From: Candidatus Cloacimonadales bacterium
Lineage (GTDB): Bacteria; Cloacimonadota; Cloacimonadia; Cloacimonadales; JAIOQZ01
Direction of reading: 5' to 3'
Length of the DNA: 64,000 nt
Assembly (NCBI GenBank): GCA_963662655.2
Contig: CAXXTU010000002.1
Span: 3,328,001 to 3,392,000 of the forward strand
The notes below the pieces were generated by a model. That model had not been told where the DNA came from. It did not search any database and saw only the letters and a program-made list of their open reading frames with translations. Below, one piece after another: positions 30,701 to 40,713 of this stretch. Numbering within the stretch: position 1 is the stretch's first letter; every line of letters starts with the position of its first letter. The position numbers and the translations under genes are program-made.

Positions 30701-31546
30701 TTATTTCATCAAAACCATCTTGCGAGTCTGAACCTGGTTCGATGTCTGAAGTCGGTAGTAGTAGATTCCGCTGGAGACGGATTTTCCGGTGTCATCGGTG
30801 CCCTTCCATACAACGCTCGTGGTTCCCTGCTGAGCCTGGCCGTTGAAGAGGCTCTTCACCTTCTGTCCACGAATGTTGAACACGGTGAGTGAAGCGTTTG
30901 CTTGCTGCGGGAGCGTGAAGCTGATCGTCGTCTCAGGATTGAACGGATTCGGGTAGTTGGCGTTCAACGCCGCCTGAGCGGATGGAATCGTTTCTTCGTC
31001 GTTGGCGATCATGTTGTCCGAAGAACCCGGTGACGGGGGATAGCTGTAGCCTGGTCCGAAGAACGACCAGTTATCGGTTCCGTCCGGAACTCTTCCGATG
31101 GATACGTCGTCCACGTCGAGACCTGTGTTTTCCTCGTATTCGTACTCGTAGCTGTCGATCACGACGTTCTCCGAGCTGATCAGATATACCGCGTCTGCGC
31201 TTCCGCCGAGCTTGGTGTCGACGTGGAAGATACCGTCGTCCGTGTCCTCATCGAACCAGAAGAGCATGAATCCGCCGGCTACAAGGGTGGTTTGTTCGGG
31301 GTACTCGTCCGAGATCATGAAGCAGCTTTCGAGGGTGCCGTCGTAGTGGTCATCGGCAAGGTACATTCCGCCTAAATCCACCGAAGAATCGTCAGCGTTG
31401 TAGATTTCGACCCAGTCGCAATAATCGCCTTCGGGATCGGTGATCGTCGATTCGTTTTTTGCCTGGATTTCATTGATATAAAGACTTTGGGCAAACAGCC
31501 CGAAGATGGCCGTCAACATAGCTAAAACCAATATCGCTCTTCTCAT
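30701..31546 (-). CDS. Lamin-tail-domain protein with C-terminal sorting domain
   Basis: LYINEIQAKN...DWVEIYN...VDLGGMYL; DVSIGRVPDG; NYPNPFNPETTISF...SSGIYYYRL...KMVLMK. Confidence 0.88.
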   Translation of the reverse strand: MRRAILVLAMLTAIFGLFAQSLYINEIQAKNESTITDPEGDYCDWVEIYNADDSSVDLGGMYLADDHYDGTLESCFMISDEYPEQTTLVAGGFMLFWFDEDTDDGIFHVDTKLGGSADAVYLISSENVVIDSYEYEYEENTGLDVDDVSIGRVPDGTDNWSFFGPGYSYPPSPGSSDNMIANDEETIPSAQAALNANYPNPFNPETTISFTLPQQANASLTVFNIRGQKVKSLFNGQAQQGTTSVVWKGTDDTGKSVSSGIYYYRLQTSNQVQTRKMVLMK

Positions 31547-31591
31547 GGGAGCCTCCCTGTTGTTTTTTCATTCATTCATACATTCAATCTG

Positions 31592-32332
31592 TTAAGGTAA
31601 TATATAGACGTCAAGACGATTTTCAGAATCGTCCACCACATAAACTCGATCGTTGATGACAACAACGCCTTCCGGATCCTGCGTTTGAATTCCCCATTTC
31701 TCCATTGTTCCCTGTTCTTCATGCCAAAGGCACAGAGTCTGATTTTCGTCCGAAATCATATAGTAGGTCTTCTCGATGCCGGAATAGCAAATTCCGGAAG
31801 TTGGGAAACTTAATGGAATCGGATCGAGGAAATCGAAAGAATCGAATTCGATTTTCAAAAGCTCGTACGGTTCGATCTTGCTCGTAACGACGATCAGCGA
31901 ATCGTGGTAGCACAATCCCTCGAAGGAATGTTCATCATTCTGTCCTGGAACAAGATTTTTCCCATAATAGAATCCTTCACCATTCAGCCCATACTGCATA
32001 ACAAATCCCTCTTCGTCCAACAGCCAGATGCGATTGGCTTCCAAATCATAGGAGATGCCTTCCAGATCGATAGCGCTTGTATCGAAACTATGTAAAATGG
32101 TTCCATCAAAATCGATTCGATAGACGAGGCCGTCCTCGTCGCTTACGGTCCAGAGTTTTTCGCCGTCCCAGGTTAGCCCCGAGGGCTCGGCAATGGAGAG
32201 AGGATAGCTCTCGATGCGTTCAAGTTGCACGACATCGCTTCCGCCATCGTCATCTTCGCAACCGGTGAACAGAATGGCAGTCATCGCAAGCAAGAGAAGC
32301 AGTATCGATGTGAATCCGCGCGCTTTCTTCAT
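31592..32332 (-). CDS. SdiA-regulated/YjiK-like beta-propeller lipoprotein
   Basis: Lipobox FTGC; EPSGLT..LWTVSD, DLEGIS, FEGLC, PEGV repeats. Confidence 0.75.
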   Translation of the reverse strand: MKKARGFTSILLLLLAMTAILFTGCEDDDGGSDVVQLERIESYPLSIAEPSGLTWDGEKLWTVSDEDGLVYRIDFDGTILHSFDTSAIDLEGISYDLEANRIWLLDEEGFVMQYGLNGEGFYYGKNLVPGQNDEHSFEGLCYHDSLIVVTSKIEPYELLKIEFDSFDFLDPIPLSFPTSGICYSGIEKTYYMISDENQTLCLWHEEQGTMEKWGIQTQDPEGVVVINDRVYVVDDSENRLDVYILP

Positions 32333-32334
32333 CT

Positions 32335-33345
32335 CTATTCCTGGTTCGAAGATCCTTTTGTCGGATTCGAGCTGACGCTCCAGACTCCGCCGTCGGGGAT
32401 ACGGGCGTAAGATTCCCCTTCGTTCATAGCTGGGAAGACGATGCTGTCGAGCAGCTCTTCGTCGTGGTTTTCCAAAAATATGTCCTCTCCGCCGCTGGAT
32501 AGCTTGAAATTGGTCTGCACATCGTCGCAGTCCCAGGCGAGGAATCCACCCGCCGGAACGATGGTTCCCGCAGGGAAGACGCTCTTGTTATCGGATGATC
32601 CGCCATCGTACAGGAAATAACCGCTGATGTCGATATCGTCTCCCGTCGAGTTGTAGATTTCGATCCAGTCGGGATCCCCAGTGGAGACAACCTCGTTCAG
32701 GAAAAGGTGCTGTGCCGGCGCGCCGCCGTTCGGAGCCCCGGGCGTCGGGTTTTCGACAACCTGCCACGCCCCGCTTCCGTCTGGAATGCGAGCGTAAGTC
32801 TGGCCGTCACCAAGGGCGGGGAACATGACGCTGCTTATCTCTGCGTAGTTAGATTCAGCTAGTGTAACGGATTCGCCATCGGCCGAAAGCCCAAAAGCGG
32901 TGTTGTATGGAACTGGGTCATTGGTGTTGAAGTGAAGCACCAGAAAGCCCATCGCGGGTACCTGAGCGGATGGGAAAATGTATGGGGCGTCCGCATGGCC
33001 GCCATCGTAAACGAGGAATCCGGTGATTTGGATCGCTTCCGTCGTTGGATTGAAGATTTCGATCCAGTCCTCACCCTTAGCGGAGACTTCGTTGATTACG
33101 AGCTCGAGATCGGAGGATGGATTGGAACCGGTCAGGCTGTCTTCGTCCAGGCTGCACGCGAAGAGCGTAACCGCAACGAGAATGACCGCGAGATAGCTGT
33201 ATGGCTGGAAGTAGTGCCGGTTCGGAAGGTGCTTTTCCGGGATCAGGTTTTTCTGCTTGATATGTGTGGACTTCTCACCCGAGGTTTTATTGCCGATAAC
33301 TTGCGTACGGAACCAGTTGGATATTCGATTCATGTTCAACATCAT
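32335..33345 (-). CDS. Lipoprotein with two lamin-tail domains
   Basis: LFAC lipobox; two copies of INEV..DWIEIxN...YARIPDG...PT.G. Confidence 0.85.
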   Translation of the reverse strand: MMLNMNRISNWFRTQVIGNKTSGEKSTHIKQKNLIPEKHLPNRHYFQPYSYLAVILVAVTLFACSLDEDSLTGSNPSSDLELVINEVSAKGEDWIEIFNPTTEAIQITGFLVYDGGHADAPYIFPSAQVPAMGFLVLHFNTNDPVPYNTAFGLSADGESVTLAESNYAEISSVMFPALGDGQTYARIPDGSGAWQVVENPTPGAPNGGAPAQHLFLNEVVSTGDPDWIEIYNSTGDDIDISGYFLYDGGSSDNKSVFPAGTIVPAGGFLAWDCDDVQTNFKLSSGGEDIFLENHDEELLDSIVFPAMNEGESYARIPDGGVWSVSSNPTKGSSNQE

Positions 33346-33353
33346 TCACCTCC

Positions 33354-34610
33354 CTAAAAGTTGACCAAGATGCGACCCGAGATGTACGAGAAATCGTCTT
33401 CACCCTCGTAATCGCCGTCGCCGTCCGCGTATTCGGAGTTCATCACATAAACGTAGTTGATCATGCAGCGAACGTTGTTGTTGGGATACCAGTTGAGCGC
33501 CAGCGAGTAGTTGTTCGCCATACCGCCGGTGATTTTCGCGTCTTCGTCCGTGAGGTCGAGGTGACTGTATCGTGCCGCGATTTCAAACGCGCCATACTTC
33601 TTCAGGGGAACCGGTTTGCTGAATTCCGCTTCGTCGAGGCTATAAGGACGCGATTCTCCGGTAATGAACCAGCCGAGCATGAAGTAACCGCCGCAGAACT
33701 CCGCGTTCTCGGTGTTACCCCTTCCGATAACGGTTGTCTGGATGTACTCGCCCTGTGCATAGACCGGCCCGATTTTACCGGCGATCTCGCCGCCGATGGA
33801 CTGATAGCCGGACACGTGATAGATGTCGCCCGTATCGAGGAATTTCGTGCGGGCGACGGATGTCTCCGGACGCTCATCGAAACCGATGCTGCGCTCATCG
33901 CCATCCTCAACGGCATCGGGGGTGACGCCGAGGAATGAAACGCCTGCGTGAATCAGGGATTCCTCTTTATTGATGGGTGCGGCAACAAACCGAATTGCAT
34001 ACGCCGTACCTTCGTCGCCGGATTTCTTGTCCAGGTTCTCGGCCGCTTCACCGAAAACACCTGCGGATGCATGGAAAAGCTTCCACCAGATTGTCGCGCC
34101 GAGCCCCATGCGGCGTCCGGTCGTGAAAACATTCGGGTAGGCACGTTCGAGGAATATCGTCTTGGATGAGCTGGTGAGTTCTTCCATGCTGAACGGCGGC
34201 TTGAAGTTACCGACCTTGATCATGGAGTTATCCGTGGGTTTGTAGGCCAGCCACATATCCTTGATCTCCATTCCCTTGTCTTTCTCGTCGCTTTCTTTCA
34301 CGTAGGTAGCGAAATCGATGTCCCATTCCGCCATCCATTTTTCCCAGAACTTCACCTTCATGGCGAAGCGAACGCGGCGAAGATCGGTGCCGTCGCTCAT
34401 GGAATCCTCGTTCTTGTTCTCGAAATAGACCGCTCCGTCCAGGTACATGCGTACATCGAAACGAGTCGAGAACGCTCCGTCCTTCGACTTGAACTGGAGA
34501 ATACCGTCTTCCCACTCTGTATCCGCTTCAACCGCGAACAGCGCTGCGGTGCACAGTAGAATGAGTAGCATCAATGATCCTCTAATCGTGAATCCTTTCA
34601 TCTGAATCAT
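33354..34610 (-). CDS. Phosphate-selective porin OprO/OprP family
   Basis: LRRVRF, VGNFKPPFSMEELTSS..FLER, WFITGESRPY, FEIAARYS, LNWYPN, terminal F. Confidence 0.88.
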   Translation of the reverse strand: MIQMKGFTIRGSLMLLILLCTAALFAVEADTEWEDGILQFKSKDGAFSTRFDVRMYLDGAVYFENKNEDSMSDGTDLRRVRFAMKVKFWEKWMAEWDIDFATYVKESDEKDKGMEIKDMWLAYKPTDNSMIKVGNFKPPFSMEELTSSSKTIFLERAYPNVFTTGRRMGLGATIWWKLFHASAGVFGEAAENLDKKSGDEGTAYAIRFVAAPINKEESLIHAGVSFLGVTPDAVEDGDERSIGFDERPETSVARTKFLDTGDIYHVSGYQSIGGEIAGKIGPVYAQGEYIQTTVIGRGNTENAEFCGGYFMLGWFITGESRPYSLDEAEFSKPVPLKKYGAFEIAARYSHLDLTDEDAKITGGMANNYSLALNWYPNNNVRCMINYVYVMNSEYADGDGDYEGEDDFSYISGRILVNF

Positions 34611-34627
34611 CTCCCCCTGTATGTTTT

Positions 34628-36091
34628 TTAATCAACTCTGAAATGATTGACTATGTAATCGATACGCTGTCGTATCTCGTCTTTCTTGCCCTTATCTTTA
34701 CTCCTGGCATTCCACGAATCGCATTCATCGGCCAGCGCTTGCTCGAATTGCCAGCGATACCTGAATTTTCTACCGATCATTTTCTCCAGCGCGGATATCT
34801 GGCTTTCGTTGAGATTTTTGTAAGAGATTAGTTTGAATTTCGCGGGAGTGATCTCGATGGGATCCAATGCGCCATAGAGCATGATCAATTCTTTCTCGGG
34901 CTGTGTGTATTGATCCACATTGGATAAATAGGCATGCAGCGCTCGCGCGTTTTTGAAGGTAGCTCCCTTGAGCGGTTCGATTTTCTCGTAATCGATTTCG
35001 TGCGTACTCAGTTCCCTGATAACCGGGTTGCCGAAATCGTAGATGGTTTCGTTGTGCACCTTCTGGTCGAACACGTTCTGCACGAAGAACAGAAGAACGA
35101 ACGTTATAATGCAGGCGATCACGGGCGTGGTTATCCAGCCCATCGAAATCCTTCCCAAAACTCTGAACTGGATATTTCTCCCGCCCTTCGCGACGGCGAT
35201 ACCGATGACGCCACCGACCACGGCCTGGGAGCTCGATACAGGAACCAGCGGGAACGCCGGTAAATGATGGGCGAGCATCCAGTCGTGCAGCGATTGAGAA
35301 CCGAAGATGAACAAGACCCATGCCTCGGCAAGAATGACGATCAATCCTCCGACCGAGGACAGGCGGAAGAGATCGTTGCCCACGGTTCTTATTACGTTGT
35401 GCGAATAGGTGATAACGCCAAACCCGATGGCGATACTACCGATCAGGAACAGCACTTGCGTTCCTGAAAGGTCGATCCCGGCCAGACTGATATCGTGAAA
35501 TGGCGCTGCCGGCACAAACACGCCCATCGCGTTCGCAATGTTGTTTGCTCCCAAACTGTATGCGCCAAAGGCGGTTACGGCGAGGTAGAAGAATCGGGTA
35601 TAGGCATCGATTCTGAGAAGGTGAACCTTGCTTCGGACAATGAAGTAGAGGTAGAATTTGTAGAAGATGAATGAGAAAATCGCAGCAAGAATCGGACAGA
35701 TTACCCACGTTCCGAAAATTTTCGACAGGGCCGAGAAATCGGTGAGAGAACCGCTGAAAAAGTTCCATCCGATGATTCCACCGACGATTGCCTGAGAGGT
35801 AGAAACCGGAAGCCCCATTTTGGTCATTCCAGCGACGGTTATCGCGGCAGCGAGAGCCACGGTGAAAGCTCCGCCCAATGCATCGACCGAACCGAGTTTG
35901 CCCAGCGTCTGTGACGCGCCGGCTCCTTCGTAAACTGCGCCGATGATCACGAAAAACGATGTGAGAAGCGCTGCTGTCCGGAACTTGACCATTTTGGTGG
36001 AGACGGCGGGACCGAAAACGTTGGCGGCATTGTTTGCGCCCAGTGACCACGCCAGGAAAAGACCGCTGGAGAGGTAGATCAACAACAACAC
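34628..36091 (-). CDS. Inorganic phosphate transporter, PiT family, with soluble C-terminal extension
   Basis: GANNAAN and GANNIAN repeats; PVSTSQ and PVSSSQ motifs. Confidence 0.92.
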   Translation of the reverse strand: MLLLIYLSSGLFLAWSLGANNAANVFGPAVSTKMVKFRTAALLTSFFVIIGAVYEGAGASQTLGKLGSVDALGGAFTVALAAAITVAGMTKMGLPVSTSQAIVGGIIGWNFFSGSLTDFSALSKIFGTWVICPILAAIFSFIFYKFYLYFIVRSKVHLLRIDAYTRFFYLAVTAFGAYSLGANNIANAMGVFVPAAPFHDISLAGIDLSGTQVLFLIGSIAIGFGVITYSHNVIRTVGNDLFRLSSVGGLIVILAEAWVLFIFGSQSLHDWMLAHHLPAFPLVPVSSSQAVVGGVIGIAVAKGGRNIQFRVLGRISMGWITTPVIACIITFVLLFFVQNVFDQKVHNETIYDFGNPVIRELSTHEIDYEKIEPLKGATFKNARALHAYLSNVDQYTQPEKELIMLYGALDPIEITPAKFKLISYKNLNESQISALEKMIGRKFRYRWQFEQALADECDSWNARSKDKGKKDEIRQRIDYIVNHFRVD

Positions 36092-36094
36092 CGC

Positions 36095-36733
36095 TTACAC
36101 CTGCCTTTTGATCGTATAGATGGACAGCCTGTCGGCCATGGTTTCCGCGTAGTCGGAGATGTGCTCCACGTGCAAAGCGAAGTAGCGAAGGTGGTTTTTC
36201 CAGGCGAGCTCGATGTCCGATTTGAAGATGGCTCTCTTGAGTCTTTCGGCGATTTTATCGGCTTCCTTCTCGTGCAGGTAGACCTTGTGGAGGTGGTCCT
36301 GAACCGTCTTGACGTCGCGGAAGAAGCAGCGAACGCCTGAAATCAGCGCATCGACGCTGTCCTCGCTCGCGATAGCGAGCTCGATGTACTGGTTGGTGAA
36401 GTCCTTCGGGATTTTCGGGCACTCGACGGAAAATTGCAGCAGGGTTTCTTTGATGTTGTCGATGATGTCGTCGGTATTTTCCAGGATCGCAAGCACGTCT
36501 CCGCGAGATTCGGGGATCAGCGTGTGGGCGTAGAGTTCTTTCTCGATATCGCGGCGAAGCTTGTCCGCTGTGCTCTCGAGCTCAGACACCTTCAGGCGGC
36601 GTGCTTCGAATTCCTCGGGATTGTTCTCCATGTAATAACGGATGGCTTTGCTGAAAAGGATCGCTCCCTGACTGATGACGTCGAGGAATTCGTCGATCAT
36701 TTTCTCGATTCGTTTGGTTCTTCGTAAAAGCAT
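36095..36733 (-). CDS. DUF47/PhoU-like PiT accessory protein
   Basis: ESTADKLRR...EKEAD...ISDYAE helical repeats; adjacent to PiT. Confidence 0.9.
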   Translation of the reverse strand: MLLRRTKRIEKMIDEFLDVISQGAILFSKAIRYYMENNPEEFEARRLKVSELESTADKLRRDIEKELYAHTLIPESRGDVLAILENTDDIIDNIKETLLQFSVECPKIPKDFTNQYIELAIASEDSVDALISGVRCFFRDVKTVQDHLHKVYLHEKEADKIAERLKRAIFKSDIELAWKNHLRYFALHVEHISDYAETMADRLSIYTIKRQV

Positions 36734-36746
36734 AGACTATCTTACC

Positions 36747-38237
36747 TCATTGATTCTTCTCAGGGGTTTTCTTCTGCAACAGGCCCCTGATGATTGGTAT
36801 TGCGATGGATAATACCGCAACGCACAATATTGCAACGCTGACAGGTCTTGTAAAGAAAATTTGATATCCGCCCATTTTTACCGCGTTTCGGAAGTTCTCC
36901 TCTGCGATGCGTCCCAGCACGATTCCCAGCACGACCGGAGCCACGGGGAAGTCGTAACGACGCATGAGCCATCCCAGGATTCCAAAGGCCAGGCAGGTGA
37001 TGACATCGAAGAGCGAATTGTTCACCGCGAACGCGCCGATAATGGATACGGCGAAGATCAGCGGGAAGAGCACCTCGCGTGGGACCTGGGTGACCTTGAT
37101 CCAGAGCTTGCTGCCGAGGAGTCCGAGCGCGAGCAGGACGAAATTGGCGATCAGGAGGCTTGCGAAGAGTCCGTAGACGATTTCCGGCGCGGTCTCGAAG
37201 AGGCGCGGTCCTGGGTCCAGATCGTGGATCATGAGTGCGCCGATGAGTACGGCGGTCGAGGCGCTTCCGGGGATTCCCAGCGTGAGGAGGGGAACCAGCG
37301 CTCCGCCCACGGAGCTGCTGTTGGATGCTTCAGCCGCGGCGACGCCATCCGGGCATCCGTTGCCGAATTCGTCGGGATGCTTGCTCATGCGTTTGGAAAC
37401 GTCGTAGGAAATGAAGGAGGCGATGGTTGCGCCAGCCCCCGGGAAAATGCCGATGACGGTTCCGATGATCGATGAGCGCAGAATGGTCCATTTCAAGCGC
37501 CAGTATTCCGCGATGGAAGGCCAGTGCGTCTTCCCGCTCTCGAATCGCTGCACTTCGAACTCGTGAGCCTCGAACTGTCGGAATACCTCGCTCAGGGCGA
37601 AGAGCCCGATGAGGATGGGGATGAGGTTGAATCCGTCAAAGAGTTCGGTGATGCCGAAGGAATAGCGAGTTACGCCCGTTTGCTCGGTGCCGATGGTTCG
37701 CAGTAGCAGCCCGAGAAAAACGGCGGTGAACGCCTTGATCCAGTTCTTGCCGCCCAGCGAGGCAACGGTTGTCAGGCCGAAGAAGGCCAGTGCGAAGTAT
37801 TCTGCCGGGTGGAATTGAAGCGTTACTTTAGCCAGCGGAACGGAGAAGAAAATCAGAATCAGCGTCCCGACGATTCCGCCGACCGTCGAGGCGATGAGGG
37901 AAATCCCCAGGGCGACCCCGGGCTTTCCTTTCTTCGTGAGCGGGTAACCGTCGAAAGAGGTTACCACAGCCGAGGCAGTTCCGGGCGCGTTGATGGTCAC
38001 GGCGGTAATGGAGCCCCCGTAGTTGGCGGCGATGTAGATTGAAATAAGCAGGATCAGTGCAACAGACGGATCGAGTGCGTAGGTGAACGGAACCAGCAGC
38101 GCGACGCCCATCGAGGGCGAAAGGCCTGGCATGGCTCCAGCGAGAATTCCGAAAATGACACCGGTAACGATCGCCAGCATGGGTATCCAGCCTGCGATGT
38201 ATCCGAATCCCTCGATCAGGTGAGTCAATACTTCCAT
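36747..38237 (-). CDS. tctA: Tripartite tricarboxylate transporter large permease
   Basis: GAMPGL, YGGSITAVTINAPGT, DGYPL, AAAEASN, PLLTLGIPGS. Confidence 0.93.
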   Translation of the reverse strand: MEVLTHLIEGFGYIAGWIPMLAIVTGVIFGILAGAMPGLSPSMGVALLVPFTYALDPSVALILLISIYIAANYGGSITAVTINAPGTASAVVTSFDGYPLTKKGKPGVALGISLIASTVGGIVGTLILIFFSVPLAKVTLQFHPAEYFALAFFGLTTVASLGGKNWIKAFTAVFLGLLLRTIGTEQTGVTRYSFGITELFDGFNLIPILIGLFALSEVFRQFEAHEFEVQRFESGKTHWPSIAEYWRLKWTILRSSIIGTVIGIFPGAGATIASFISYDVSKRMSKHPDEFGNGCPDGVAAAEASNSSSVGGALVPLLTLGIPGSASTAVLIGALMIHDLDPGPRLFETAPEIVYGLFASLLIANFVLLALGLLGSKLWIKVTQVPREVLFPLIFAVSIIGAFAVNNSLFDVITCLAFGILGWLMRRYDFPVAPVVLGIVLGRIAEENFRNAVKMGGYQIFFTRPVSVAILCVAVLSIAIPIIRGLLQKKTPEKNQ

Positions 38238-38238
38238 A

Positions 38239-39777
38239 TCAACCCTGCCATATCTGGCTAATCAGGATTCCCTGCGGCAACGCAACGTGCAGGATGCGGA
38301 AGAACAGCACATAGGAAAGCAGCATCCATGCGATGGTGATCACGATGATTGCGATCCTATTACGATAGCCCAACAGCCACATGGCGACGGGCAGGAAAAC
38401 GATCGTTGAAATGAAATAACCAATGAATTTGATCGCAGGAATGTAGAGCATCAGAAGCACGATAAAGCGGAGCACGATGTCCAGCCTGCCGGGCTTGGGA
38501 TCCTCGCTTTCTTTACCTGCGAGAACCTTGAGGTATAAAATCAAACTGCAGAGTGTCAGCAGGAATGCCCAAAGGCGCGGAACGACGGCAGGGCCGTAGG
38601 CATCACCATCGGCGAAACGGGCTGATAGCATCCAGAAGAAGAGCGACAGGCTGATGAAGAAGATGGGGAAGAGGATTCTTCCCGTGTAATGGAAGAGCCT
38701 CGATTTCAAGCGGATACCGGCCAGTGCGAGAAGAAGTATCTGCACCATGAGGATACCGAGCGTTTTCAGCTCGAAGGATGCGATATCGAATGCCCCTTGC
38801 GGATCGGTTTGCATCTCTGGCTCTATCAGTCCCAGGCTGGAGAGGTAGTGGTGGAATTCTTTACGGTCGGCTTCAATGATTTGCCTGAATTTCTCCGGGC
38901 CATAGTGGACGACTTTGATGCCGCCTTTCTCCCAGAAGCTGCGCCAGTCCGGATCGCCGGTTACCTTTTCAAAGAGGTTCGAGTACCAGTCGAGCGCTAT
39001 CTGCGGCGTGTTTTTCTTAACGGCAAAGCCGCGCCACATGATTTCGTTGTCCAGGCCGCTCAGCCCCAGCTCGGAAAAGGTGGGCGCATCGGGGAATTGA
39101 GGTAAACGCTCTTCGGAGGAGACCGCGGCGATCTTGAGGTCGGGTTTACCGGAGATGTCGCGTGGATTGCCCACGTACACGACTCCCTGTCCGCCCATGA
39201 GCGCCGTCATGGCCGCACCGCCGCTCTTGAACGGAATCCATTTGCAGGAAATTCCACTTTTTTCCCAAAGCTTCATCGCCATGATGTGGTCCAGACCGCC
39301 AGCGGCGGGACCGAGCCAGATTTGTTCCCCGGGGTGTGCCTTGGCGTCCGCGACGACCTCTTCCCAGGTATCTATCTCCGCGTTGCGATTGGTGATAACG
39401 CATTCGGGATCCGCCATCAGCATGGCCATCCAGTTGAGGCTGTCCGAATTGACCGCGGCGTTGGCGCCCACGAGAAAGGAGATATTGGATTTGGTTCCCG
39501 CGAAAATCGTGTATCCATCCGCCGGCGCTTGCAGAACGCTCTGCATACCCACGACTCCACCCGCTCCCGGGCGGTTTTCCACCACGAACGTGGCGTCGGA
39601 GTACTTGGTTGCGACATCGGTAAACTTACGTGCGGTGATGTCTATCAATCCACCAGGTGCGGTATAGACCACCATTTTGACCGGGCGATCGGGAAATTGT
39701 TCGTTGCCCGACCTCTTGCATGAGAAAATCGATAGGATCAGGCACATCGATAGAGAGAGGTATAGCAGTTTTTTCAT
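38239..39777 (-). CDS. Fused TctC substrate-binding protein plus TctB-like membrane domain
   Basis: Lipobox FSC; FPDRPVKMVV..PGG..D..AR, VENRPGAGG, PADGYT, PTFSELG; C-terminal TMs with GPAVVPR and LFFRILHVALPQG. Confidence 0.88.
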   Translation of the reverse strand: MKKLLYLSLSMCLILSIFSCKRSGNEQFPDRPVKMVVYTAPGGLIDITARKFTDVATKYSDATFVVENRPGAGGVVGMQSVLQAPADGYTIFAGTKSNISFLVGANAAVNSDSLNWMAMLMADPECVITNRNAEIDTWEEVVADAKAHPGEQIWLGPAAGGLDHIMAMKLWEKSGISCKWIPFKSGGAAMTALMGGQGVVYVGNPRDISGKPDLKIAAVSSEERLPQFPDAPTFSELGLSGLDNEIMWRGFAVKKNTPQIALDWYSNLFEKVTGDPDWRSFWEKGGIKVVHYGPEKFRQIIEADRKEFHHYLSSLGLIEPEMQTDPQGAFDIASFELKTLGILMVQILLLALAGIRLKSRLFHYTGRILFPIFFISLSLFFWMLSARFADGDAYGPAVVPRLWAFLLTLCSLILYLKVLAGKESEDPKPGRLDIVLRFIVLLMLYIPAIKFIGYFISTIVFLPVAMWLLGYRNRIAIIVITIAWMLLSYVLFFRILHVALPQGILISQIWQG

Positions 39778-39790
39778 TCTGCGAAACCCA

Positions 39791-40702
39791 TTAACCCAGT
39801 TTTTCGAAGATCAATCCGTGGCGAAGACCTCGGTCGCTCACTACGAGATCGCCAACGGCAAATCGCTTCATGATGGCTTCTACGATAAGTGCACCGGCGA
39901 GTATCACGTCCGCGCGCTTGGGTTGCAGGCCAGAGATTGTTTTTCGCTGGTCGATGGTTTTCCCGGCATAGAGATCGATCTGGTTGCTGACTTCCTCAAG
40001 CGTGATTTTGCTGCCTTGAATCAACTCGGGTTTGTAAACAGCCATCTTGTGCATGACGGCGCACAGACTTGTCACCGTTCCTCCGATGCCCACCAGTCGC
40101 TGGATTTTCCCGGTGACTTTGTGCTCGTCGAAGAATCCATTGATGTAGGTTCTCGCACGTTGAAGCTCGTCGGGCGCGACAGGATCGGAGAGTAAGATGT
40201 TTTCCGTTATCAAGACGGCTCCGATGTCCAGGCTGAATCTTTTGGCGATGTGGTCCGCCTTCCCGAAAATGAATTCCGTGCTTCCGCCGCCGGTATCGAT
40301 GATGAGGACATCCTCGTTTCCGACACCCACGCCGGAAACGACGGCGAGATAGGAGAGGCGTGCTTCCTCTTCTCCGGGAAGAACGTTGATGGTAAGGCCG
40401 AGCTCCTTCTTAGCCTTCGAAACGAAGTCGGACGCGTTTTTTGCGGAGCGCAGGCACATGGTGCCAACAGCGATGAATTCATCCACGCCAAATTCTTCTT
40501 TGCCGCGCTGCATGAATTCCCGGAGCGCTTCGATATTTCGCTCGATGGCTTCGTCGGATAACGATCCGGTACGGGTCATCCCGTCACCGAGCCGTGAAAT
40601 GTTGTTTGTATCGAGTAACACCTTGATGCCGTTGCTGGTTTTCTCCGCTACATGAAATTTGATCGAATTCGTACCGATATCGAGGATCGCAAGACGTTTC
40701 AT
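39791..40702 (-). CDS. Ppx/GppA family exopolyphosphatase
   Basis: LDIGTNSIK, GEEEARLSY, DTGGGSTE, GIGGT, RADVILAG, GLRHG. Confidence 0.92.
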   Translation of the reverse strand: MKRLAILDIGTNSIKFHVAEKTSNGIKVLLDTNNISRLGDGMTRTGSLSDEAIERNIEALREFMQRGKEEFGVDEFIAVGTMCLRSAKNASDFVSKAKKELGLTINVLPGEEEARLSYLAVVSGVGVGNEDVLIIDTGGGSTEFIFGKADHIAKRFSLDIGAVLITENILLSDPVAPDELQRARTYINGFFDEHKVTGKIQRLVGIGGTVTSLCAVMHKMAVYKPELIQGSKITLEEVSNQIDLYAGKTIDQRKTISGLQPKRADVILAGALIVEAIMKRFAVGDLVVSDRGLRHGLIFEKLG

Positions 40703-40713
40703 CGTTCCTCCTT

